Below, piece by piece: positions 50,974 to 62,373 of a DNA stretch of 64,000 nucleotides. Below the pieces are notes generated by a model that made no database searches, was not told where the DNA came from, and saw only the letters and a program-made list of their open reading frames with translations. The stretch's first letter is position 1; each line of letters starts with the position of its first letter. Position numbers and translations under genes: made by a program. Origin of the DNA: Malacoraja senta (taxonomy: Eukaryota); NCBI GenBank assembly GCA_038087875.1, contig CM075981.1:744001-808000 (forward strand), written 5' to 3'.

Positions 50974-52443
50974 TTCAAGCACCGGAGAACACCAAAAAAA
51001 CATTGGAAACGGACAGTCTGGTAAAATTGTCTTTGCTTACCCACAAATCCAGACATTTGTGTTCAGATCTCACCAAGAACAGTGCATGGTCATCAAGATA
51101 ACTGCAGATTTTGGTAATCTGATAAAGAGAGAACATAGGAAAGTACAACAGGCCCTTCGGCCCACAATATCCGTGCCGAAAAAGAAAAATGCGAAAACAT
51201 TCGGCAGGTCAGGCAGCAACTGTGGAGATAGAAACAGAGATAACACGATAGTTCGATGACCTTAAGGTGAGAGGGGAAAGATTTAGTAGGAACCCGAGGT
51301 TCAACTTTTTCAATCAGAGGGTGGTGGGTGTAAGGAACAAGCTGCTAAAGGAGTTAGTTGAGGCAGGTACTTTAACAACATTTAAAAGACTTTTGGACAG
51401 GTACATGGATAGGACAGGTTTAGAGGGATATGGGCCAAAAGCGGGTAGGTGAGACTATCATAGATGGGTTGGCAAGGACAAATTGTGCCAAATGGCCTGG
51501 TTCGAGCTGTTTGTCTCTCAGACTATATTTTGTATTCAACGTAAGAAAATAAGAGCAGAAATAGGCCATTCAGCCCTTCAAGCCAATTCTGCCATTCAAC
51601 ACAATCATGGCTGATCTGCCTCCAACCTCATCTCCTCTCCTGTGCCAGTTCCTCAATGCCCTCGATTCCCTGCCCCTTCAAACTCCTCTTTAAATACCCC
51701 TAATGATCCAGCCTCAATAACCCCCCAGTAGCAGGCTATTCCAGGGATTCATCACTCCGTTCCGCTTTCCTCAAATGCCGCCGAACATGTTGAGATTTTC
51801 CACCATTTTTCTTTTGCCTTAATTAGAACAGCTGTGGAATTTGAACTGCTATTAATTTGTGATTTAAAAATAAATATGCATATGTACTGTTGAACACAAA
51901 ACTGCCGGCTTGTTGTTAAAACTCACTGGTTGACTTTCCACCATCCAGTTTACCAAGAAAAACAGTACTGTTACTAAGTCATAGTAACAGTAACTTGCCC
52001 ACATCAACCAACATGCCCCATCTACACTAGTCCCACCTGACTATGTTTGGCCAATATCCCTCTAAACCTGTCCTACCCAGGTACCTGTCTAATTGTTTCT
52101 TAAACGTTGCAATAGTCCCTGCCTCAACTACCTCCTCTGGCACCTTGTTCCATACACCCACCACACTGTGCTTGATTGTCAGACCTATATAGAATATGGA
52201 ATATAGAAAGGAACAGCACAGGAGCAGGCCCTTCGGCCCACAATGCAGGTGCTGAGCATAGTGTCACGATGAACTAAACTCATCTTCCTGCACATGATCC
52301 ATAACTCCCCCCCCCCCCCATTTCCACATATCCACGTGCCAATCTAAAAGCCTCTAAAGAATGCTACTATCTCATTTGCTGCCATCACCATCCCTGACAG
52401 CACGTTCCAGGCAACTCACACATGCTTGGATTAAGCACCATGA

Positions 52444-52765
52444 GGGCAGCACGGTAGCGCAGTGGTAGAGTTGCTGCCTTACAGCGCTTGCAATGCCAGA
52501 GACACGGGTTCGAACCCGACTACGGGTGCCGTCTGTACGGAGTTTGTACGTTCTCCCCGTGACCTGCATGGGTTTTCTCCGAGACCTTCAGTATCCTTCA
52601 ACACTCCAAAGACGTACAGGTTTGTAGGTTAATTGGCTTGGTATAAATGTAAATTGTCACCAGTGTGTGTAGGAATAGATAGTGTTAATGTGCGGGGATC
52701 GCTGGTCGGCATGGACTCGTTGGGCCGAAGGGCCTGTTTCTGCGCTGCATCTCTAAACTAAAAAA
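52444..52765 (+). mobile_element. tRNA-derived SINE (HE1-like); representative of roughly 20 copies or fragments in the window
   Basis: A box TAGCGCAGTGG, B box GGTTCGAACCC, core and ctaaacta tail. Confidence 0.85.
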
Positions 52766-54429
52766 CGAAACTAACCATCTACCATATCTATGTCCATTTT
52801 TGTAGACCATCTCCGATGTTTTTTTTATTCTCATGTGTACCAAGGACACGGTCATGTGTACCAAGGGTATCATGCGTTCTCCCCATGACCTGCGTGGGTT
52901 TTGTCCAGGTGCTCAGGTTTCCTCCCACACTCCACAGACTTACAGGTTTACAAGACAATTGGCAGGGTGTAAATTGCCCCCAGTGTGTGTAGATTAGTGT
53001 GCGGGGATAGCTGGGCAGCACAGACCCGGTGGGCCGAAGGGCCTGTTTCCGCGCTGTACCTCGAAACTAAAAGTCCCCTCAACTCCTCCCAAGATCCCAG
53101 ACTAGATCAACAGTTGTTTGAGAAGTCAGCTGCAGGGTTGTGGAACTATTCTTGCACTGCTCCTGGGAAGGTTTTCACGTGCTTTCCAGACTATTGCTTT
53201 AATTTCCCTGTTTTTAATTTTGTGAATGTTTCCGTGAAGTGCAGTGGCTTGCAAATATGTGTATGAGGTACAAGAATCGCAAGTGAGAGATTATGTAAAT
53301 ATGTACAAATGTTTTGTAATGAAACATCTACAGATGACATGGGAGATGTTGTAAGCATACAATAAAGTACACTAGTCTTCTGAATACCTGGTGAGCCCAA
53401 GATCTTTACGACTTTGTCGAAGGTGGTTTTGCGGATGGACGTAGCACACAGAACAGCACAGGAACAGGCCCTTCGGTCCACTTTGTCCATGCCAAACATT
53501 AGGCAAAGTTAAACTGATCTCATCTGCCTGCACATAGTCCACTATCCCTCCACCCCCTGCATATCTATGTGCCTATCTTATACTTGTACTGAGATGTATA
53601 CAAAAATGAATTTCACTGTACCTCGGTACATGACAAATAAAGTACCATACCATACTATCTAAAAGCCTCAGTGGGCCGAAGGGCCTCCATCTCCAAACTC
53701 TAAAGCAAAGAGTGCCACAGCAGTAGATTTGCTGCCTCATGGCGCAGGAGACCCAGGTTCGATCCTGACCATGGGTGCTGTCTCTCTGGAGTTTGTACGT
53801 TTTCCCTGTGATCTCGTGGGTTTTCTCTCGCTTCCTCCCGCATTCCAAAGACGTGCAGGTTAATTGGCTACTGTAAATTGCCCCTAGTGTGTAGGATAGA
53901 ACTAGTGTATGGGTGATCGCTGGTCGATGTGGACTCAGCGGGCCGAAGGACCTGTTTCCACACTGTATTTCTAAACTAAACTCAACTACAGCATTACATA
54001 TCAGATGGGGAATGGGATAAATCAATAGCTGAAGGAGTCAGCTGCATCAGAAGACCATCGGTGTACAATCGAGCTTCACAAAGCATGTGGTAAGAGAAGT
54101 TGTTTCAATTGCAATGTCCTCCAAACAGCAACCCTACCGCTGCGCCACCATGCTGCCCCGTGAAAAAGCCTCTGGTTATTAAACTGGAAGAGACATGGGG
54201 GCGGCACAAAATGTGGTGAGTGATAGGTGGATACAGGTGAGGAGAGGGGGGGGGGGGGTTGATTTAATGCAATTATTGATTACTGACCATCCAAACAACA
54301 TTAAATATTTAAACACATCACAGATTTCCGCTGGCAATTCTCATTGCTCTTGTTCGTCTAACAAAAGGAGAACAGACACATTTAGTTGCATTTAACAGTT
54401 TTTCATGTTTACAAGAAATTTAAAAAACG

Positions 54430-55640
54430 CCTCACTGACCTAAATCCAACTCTCTTGAATACATTCAGTGAATTGGCCTCCACTGCCTTCTATGGTGGAG
54501 AATTCCACAGATTCACAACTCTCTGGGTGAAAATGTTTTCCCTCATCTCAGTCCTAAATGGCCTACCACTTATTTTTAAACTATGACCCCTGGTTCTGGA
54601 ATCCCACAACATCGAGAACATTTTTCCTGCATCTAACCTGTCCAATCCTCTAAAAATTTTATATGTTTCTATAAGATCCCCTCTCTTCCTTCTAACTTCC
54701 AGCGAATACAAGCCCAGTCGACACATTCTTTCATGATATGTCAGTCCCGTCATCCTGGGAATTAACCTGGTGAACCAAAACTGGACATAATACTCCAGGT
54801 GTGGTCTCATCAGGGCCATGTACAACTGCAGTAGGACTTCCTTGCTCCCAAACTCAAATCCTCTCGCAATGAAGGCCAACATGCCATTGGCTTTCTTCAC
54901 TGCCTGCTGTACCAGCATGCATACTTTCAGTGACTGATGTACAAGCACACCCAGGTCTCGTTGCACCTCCCCTTCTCCTAATCTGACACCATTCAGATAA
55001 TAATCTGTTCTTGCCACCAAAGTGGATAACCTCACATTTATCCACATTATACTGCATCTGCCATGCTTCTGCCCACTCACTCAACCTGTCCAAGTCACCC
55101 TGCAGCCTCATAGCATCCTCCTTGCAGCTCGCACTGCCACCCAGCTTTGTGTCATCCGCAAACCTAGTGTTGTTACATTTAATTCCCTCGTCTGAATCGT
55201 TAATATATATTGTAAATAACTGGGATCCCAGCACCGAGCCTTGCATCGCCCCACTAGTCACTGCCTGCCATTCTGAAAAGGACCCGTTAATTCCTACCCT
55301 TTGCTTCCTGTCTGCCAACCAGTTCTCTATCCATGTCAATGCCCCACCTCCAATATCATGTGCTCTAATTTTGCACACTAATCTCTTGTGTGGGACCTTG
55401 TCAAAGGCTTTTTGAAAGTCCAGATACTCCACATCCACTGGCTCTCCCTTATCCATTCTACTTGTTACATCCTCAACAAATTCCAAAAGATTAATCAAGC
55501 ATGATTTCATAAATCCATGCTGACTTTGACCGATCCTGTCACTGCGTTCCAAATGCACTGGTATAACATCCGTAATAATCGATTCCAGCATCTTCCCCAC
55601 TACCAATGTAAGACTAACTGGTCTTTTATTCCTCGTTTTC
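54430..55640 (-). mobile_element. CR1 LINE fragment (RT to near the 3' end)
   Basis: ORFs 54854..55642 (FADD) and 54490..55080. Confidence 0.88.
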
Positions 55641-58600
55641 ACATTCTTGAGTGGTCCCCGTAACCTTTGACTCTCTTACCCTGAGTCAATCATGCTTACA
55701 ATCTTCGCAATGTAAAGTTCTGCAATTGGAGCTCTCGTTCCTGGTCACACTACACTTGACACTCTCCCAGCACCGCTGACATGCAGTAAATGATTGCATT
55801 CATTGCACAACCACCATTTTTACTCATACCAATAAAAAATTGCTCAAAACTGCAAACCAAACCAAAATTGTCCCATTGAAATTCAAGGCACAGTACTCTC
55901 CTTATTACTGAAAGACCACTCAGCTGACACTGGCATTTCTAAGTTTACTTTAGAGGAACAGTGGGGGTGGAGGCCGGTTCTCTGGATACTTTCATGAGAG
56001 AGCTAGATAGGGCTCTTAAATATAGCGGAGTCAGGGGATATGGGGAGAAGGGAGGAATGGGGTACTGATTGGGGATGATCAGCCATGATCACATTGAATG
56101 GTGGTGCTGGCTCGAAGGGTCGAATGGCCTACTCCTGCACTTATTGTCTATTGTCTATTGTCTATTGAAACAAGCCCCTCGTACCACCACGTCCCACACA
56201 CTAACACCATCCTACACATCAGGAACAATTTACAATTATACCAAGCCCATTAACCTACAAACCTGCACATCTTTGGAGTGTGGGAGGAAACTGGAGATCC
56301 CGAAGAAAACCCACGCAGGTTACAGGGAGGACGTACAAACTCCATACAGACAAGCATCCGTAGTTAGGATCGAACCTGGGTCTCTGGTGCTGTAAGGCAG
56401 CAACTCCACCACTGCGCCCCAAGATATTATGATACCTCATGATATTCCAAGTCTGTCTACAGTGAGATACAAGAGGACCCTCATACCTGGTCTACTCCAT
56501 CCATGGAGGTCAAGATCACATTGACTCTCATCTTCCTAGTCATAGGATCTGACCATCGTGCAGCATGTCTCCGCAGCATCAGAGAGGTTATCATGGTACT
56601 GAATTAGAATCCTAGACTCATAGTTATATAGCATGGAAATAGACCTTTCACTCATCCATGCTGCCCAAAATGCCCCACATGAGTAGTCCCATTTGGCCGC
56701 ATTTGATCCATACCCCTCTAAACCATTCCTATCCATGTACCTGTCCAATTGTCTTTTAAATGTTGTTACAGTAGGTGCCTTAGCTACCTCCTTTGACAGC
56801 TCGTTCCATATACCCACCACATTCTGAGTGAAAAGTTTGCCCCTCAGGTTCCTATTAAATCCCTCCCCCCTCAATTTAAACGTCCTCTGGATTTTGATTC
56901 CCCTTTTACTCTGGGTAAAAGGCTCTGTGAACTCACCCTATAAATTCCTCCTCATGATTGTATACACCTCTATAAGATCACCCCTTAGCCTCCTGTGCTC
57001 CAAGGAATAAAGTCCTAGTTTATCCAAATTTAGTTTAGTTTATCATTGTCACATGTACCAAGGAACAATTATTATTTTTTGTTGCATGCTATCCAGCAAA
57101 GGGACTGTACATGATTGCAATCAAGCCAGCCAGTGTACAGATACGGGATACAGGGAAATACTGTAGGTTTAGTGAAAGTTAAAGTCCAGTAAAGTCCAAT
57201 TAAAGATGGTTCAATGGTCTCCAATGAGGTGGATGGTAGATCAGGATCACTCTCTAGTTAGTAATCAGAAGGTTCCGTTTCATGCTAACATGAAGGAAGG
57301 AAGAAACTCCTTGAATCTGCAAGTGTGCGTTTTCAAACTTCTGTAACTCTTGCCTGATGAGAGAGGGGAGAAGAGGGAGTGGCCAGGGTGAGACACATCC
57401 TCCTTGAAGCTCAGACCTTCGAGTCCTGGCAAAATCCTGATTAATCTTCTCAGCTCTCTTCCCAGCCATAAAGGAATAATTTCAACTGTTTAGGAAGGAA
57501 CTGCAGATGCCGGTTTAAACCGAAGGTAGACACAAAAAGCCGGAGTAACTCAGCGGGTCAGACAGCATCTCTGGAGACAACCCCGTACGCTTGGACTATC
57601 CGACACACTAGGGACAATCTACAACTTAGCGAAGCCAGATAACCTACAAATCCACACGTCTTTGGATGGTGCGAGGAAACCGGAACACACGGAGAAAATC
57701 AAGCGGTCATGGGGGGAACGTACAAACCCCGTACAGACAGCACCCACAGTCACAATTGAACCCAGGTCTCTGGCGCTGTAAATTCAGCAAGTTGTGAAAC
57801 AGGATTTTTGTCAATGTTCCTTATTCTACGTTGGATTACAAAGTATAATTTTTTTTTAAAGTGCATCTCCCAACGCTGATCTTTAAGGAGGACAGGATTG
57901 GGATATGACCACGCAAGCTGTGGATACCCTCACTGGAAACCTGCTTCAGTTCAGCTTGTCTTGTGCCCAAACCTCTGCCAACCACAGTTAATGCCCCAAA
58001 GTGGAACCGTTGACAATGTGCACGCAACAGATTGCAAAACAGGATATGGGTCAATGTTCCTTACTCCATGTCACATTGCAAAGCATTTGTTCATTCGTGA
58101 GGAAGTTTGCACACAGAACAGGTGGTTATAAATCAAACAAATTGGAGACCGCTTCATCGGAAAACAAGGACCTCTCTCTCTCTGGAACCACGATGTTTTA
58201 CATTCTGCTGTTTCTGACTGTGACTTCAAGTAAGTTTTACCACTTAAAGCTGAGATGGACAGATTATTGATTAGTACGGGTGCCAGGGGTTATGGGGAGA
58301 AGGCGGGAGAATGGGGTTAGGAGTGAGAGATAGATCAGCCATGATTGAATGGCGGAGTAGCCATGATGGGCCAAACAACCTAATTCTGCCACATTAACTA
58401 ATGGTCATGGAACCATAGCGCAGTTATATGTTAACACGAAGATTAACTCTTGTTATTTAAATAAGTGATGATACACTGCTGTTCAGCCAAAGGACCAGGA
58501 GCCTAGAAAGGAACCAATTAACTTTACATTTTAGCAAGAGTTAAAATGAACTGTGACAAGAGCATGGGATTTAGCAGAGGATTTAAGAGACTTTCGGACT

Positions 58601-59286
58601 GCCACGTGCATGTAAGAGAAAAAAGACACAAAGTGCTGGAGTAACTCAGCGGGTCAGGCAGCATCCTGTTGACGGTAAAATCAGTGTCAGTACTTTGAGA
58701 AAGCGTGGTTGATCACATTCCAGTCCATTGATAAATACTCCTTGGCCCTGACTAAAGTCCCTCTGTCCTTAGTACACCCAGTGGCCCGACCATTGTGAAT
58801 GTCTACCCTTATTTGATACCAAAAACAAATAACTTCACACTTGTCACGGTTCAATACCTGCTGGCATTGCTCTGCCGAACATACCTGTTGCTTCTTATCC
58901 CTCCGTGGTCTATGATTATGGTACTATCCAAAATGATACAATTTTGGTGTAATCTGTAAACTCGTTAATCATACTTCCAACATTAACATCTAAGGCCGGC
59001 AGATGGGACTAGGCATCTTGGTCGGCGTGGGGAAATTGGGTCGAAGGACATGTTTTCGCGCTGTATGTCTGACCACCAACATGAACATCTAAGTTGTTAA
59101 TGTATGTAGTCATGGAACACCTCCAAGGTATAGGTGCATGTTGCGATATAAACATCTCACCAATGTTGAGACGCCACAACCTTGGATCACACTGAATGAT
59201 TCCGTGTGCAATATGATGAAAATAAATTGTCCAGCGTTGATCTTTGATAACTGTGTGGAAGTAATAATATTTCCTTGGATTTCCAG

Positions 59287-59398
59287 GGACATCGTGCTGA
59301 ATGTTCGCCGTGTTTGGGGTGTGTTACGCTGGGTACTCTTTGGAGTTCTGCATCTCTTCCCGGTTTCCATCTGCTGTATGACAACTTTTAAAAGGTAA
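59287..59398 (+). CDS. Orphan activating-type TM exon (DIVLNVRRVWGVLRWVLFGVLHLFPVSICCMTTFKR*)
   Basis: Intact phase-2 acceptor and open frame; no leader, V or stalk exon of its own between 51 and 59 kb. Confidence 0.65.
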
Positions 59399-59492
59399 AT
59401 GTTTGCAATCTCTTCACTCTGGTGTTCACATTAAATTCAATTGGAAATGATGGGAATTTACTTTAGAAATATAGATATAAAGTGTGGACATA

Positions 59493-61594
59493 CAGTGCCC
59501 TCCATAATGTTTGGGACAAAGACCCTTCATTTATTTATTTGCCTCTGTATTCCACAAGTCGAGGTTTGTAATAGAAAAAATCACATGTGGTTAAATGTGC
59601 ACATTGTCAGATTTTATTAAAGGGAATTTTTATACATTTTTGTTACACCATGTAGAAATTACAGCTGTGTTTATACATAGTCCCCCCCATTTCAGGGCAC
59701 CATAATGTTTGGGTCACATGGCTTCACAGGTGTTTGTAATTGCTCAGGTGTGTTTAATTGCCTCCTTAATGCAGGTATAAGAAAGCTCTCAGCACCTAGT
59801 CTTTCCTCCAGTCTTTCCATCACCTTTGGAAACTTTTATTGCTGTTTATCAACTTGAGGACCAAAGTTGTGCCAATGAAAGTCAAACAATCCATTATGAT
59901 ACTGAGAAACAAGAATAAAACTGTCAGAGACATCAGCCAAACCTTAAGCTTTCCAAAATCAACTGTTTGGAACATCATTAAAAAGAAAGAGAGCACTGGT
60001 GAGCAGGCACGGAAATCGCTATCAAAATATGGAGGGGACCGGGGGTGAGGGGGGACACAATTTCTCGGCGGCCGCGAGCGCCTGCGCACACTCACACAAA
60101 GGAGTGAGGCTTCGGATGCTCAATCCAGCGCTTAATGCAGCTCAACTCTGCCGGTCTTGCCGGGTTAACCTGCAGCCCTGCCTGGACTGACAACCCACCA
60201 GCACTGCTTCTCCGCGCTGGCTGTAAACCCTGGCCATATTTCGCGCAAGTCCAGGCAGGGCTGTAGGTTAACCTGGCGGAACAGGAAATGTTGAGCTGGG
60301 TTTAGCGCTGCTTCTCTGCGCTGGCTGTGGGCCTGGGGGCACAGCTCCCGTCTGACTCCCGACGTCTCTGGCCACCCGTGGGGGGGGGAGGGCACTTGGG
60401 TGTTGGTGGGACAGCGCCGGAGACCGGGATTGATCCTGGCTGCGGATGAGGAGCAGGCCTGTGCCGAGAGTGATTTGGCACGTATCCCTCCTCCAATCAC
60501 CGAGCTCTATCCTCAGTCCCACCCACCCCCCACTCCTCCCTCCTCCAATGATCGCGCTGAATCATCATGTCCCGCCCCCATTGCCTGCTGACCGACGTCT
60601 CTCTCGTCCAATCGGCGCCCTCGATCAGCAGTCCCACCCCCATTGTCTAGCGGAAAGCGGAGATTTCACCGGGTTTTAAAATCCGGATTACAAAAACTGG
60701 GGGGGGGGGGGGTCATCCCACATCTCTCAAAACCGAGGGCGACGTCCCCCCTGGCCCCCCCAGATGAGATGAGGATTAACTTATATCAGAGTAATGGCAA
60801 GAGCAAAGTATGAAGAAGAGAAGTAACTGCCCAAGATCCAAAGCATACCACCTCATCTGTGAAACACGGTGGTGGGGGTGTTATGGCCTGGGCATGTATG
60901 GCTGCTGAAGGTACTGACTCACTTATCTTCATTGATGATACAACTGCTGATGGTAGTAGCATAATGAATTCTGAAATGTATGGACATATCCTATCTGCTC
61001 AAGTTCAAACAAATGCCTCAAACCCCATAGGCCTGCAGTTCATTCTACTGCAAGACAATGATTCCAAAAATATTGCAAAGGAATTTTTCAAAGCTAAAAA
61101 ATGGTCAATTCTTGAGTGGCCAAGTCAATCACCCGATCTGAACCCAATTGAGCATGCTTTTTATATGCCGAAGAGAAAACTGATGGGGACTCGCTCCCAA
61201 AACAAGCATGAGCTGAAGATGGCTGCAATACAGGCCTGGCAGAGCATCACCAGAGAAGACATCCAGCAACTGGTGATGTCCATGAATCGCAGACTTCAGG
61301 CAGTCATTGCATGCAAAGGATATGCAACAAAATACTAAACATAACTACTTTCATTTACATTACATTGCTGTGTGCCAAACATTATGGTGCCCTGAAATGG
61401 GGGGACTATGTATAAACACTGCTGTAATTTCTACATGGAGAAACCAAAATGTATAAAAATGGCATTTATTAATATTTTACAATGTGCACTTTAACCACAT
61501 GTGATTTTTTTCCAATACAATTCTCAAATTGTGGAGTACAGAGGCAAATAAAATAAATGATGGATCTTTGTCCCAAACATTATGGAGGGCACTG
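59493..61594 (+). mobile_element. Tc1-like transposon copy with a GC-rich ~760-bp insert (60003-60765) replacing the middle of the transposase
   Basis: Same TIRs as 34796-36359; transposase N-terminus 59839.. and C-terminus 60859..61338. Confidence 0.88.
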
Positions 61595-62373
61595 TGGGCC
61601 CTACATCCAACCAAGTCCGCGCCGACCAATGATCACCCCGTACACTCACACTATCCTACACACGAGGGACAATTTACAATTATACAGAGGCCAATTAACC
61701 TATAAAACGACACGTCTTTGGTTTATGGGAGGAAATCGGAGCACCCGGATAAAACCCACGCTGTCACAGACAGAACATACAAACTCCGTACAGACAGCAC
61801 ACGTAGTCATGATCAAACTCGGGTCTCTGGTGCTGGAAGGCAGCAACTCTACCGCTGCGCCACTGTGGCGCTCTGGGTCATTTCCTCGGGTAAAACTTGA
61901 TGGTAGAGATTATTAACTGCATTTTAATGATTATTCAAGGAAAAAAACAGCCGAGACCTTGGAGATGGGGTCGGCAGCGGTGGAGGGAAGAGAGGAACAA
62001 CGCCGGTGAGCTGGCTGGGTGGGGCCTCACCTCGCATGGAGACGGCCATGGGAGGCGAGGGGAAAAGGGTGTGTTGGTGGGTCGAGGTGTGGGCGGAGTG
62101 CGAGTGGGCTGCTGGAGGCCCTGCAGCAGTCGGTGGATCGGGTGCCGTTGGAGGCTCCACAGAGGTCGGGGACGAGCGTGCGGATCGGACACGTCCTGCA
62201 GCGGCACGGAGCGGTGGTGGAGGCACCAACATCATCGCCAGGTCAGGCCGAACCCTGCAACTCCCACCCAGTGCCGTCCCCACGACAGGGGGCCTTCAAG
62301 CATACGAGGAATTTCATTGGCCTGGTCAGTCATACAAATAGAAAGCAACAGATCACTCAAAAACACATTTTAA

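Larger units (their letters stand above)
58663..62301 (+). repeat. Segmental duplicate of 33956-37054 (activating TM exon, Tc1, SINE, GC-rich block)
   Basis: Colinear match including the same Tc1 insertion site. Confidence 0.9.

Noticed and set aside
52444-52520. tRNA-like sequences with A and B boxes
   Set aside because: They are SINE heads followed by core and LINE-like tail, with no complete cloverleaf, so they are not tRNA genes.
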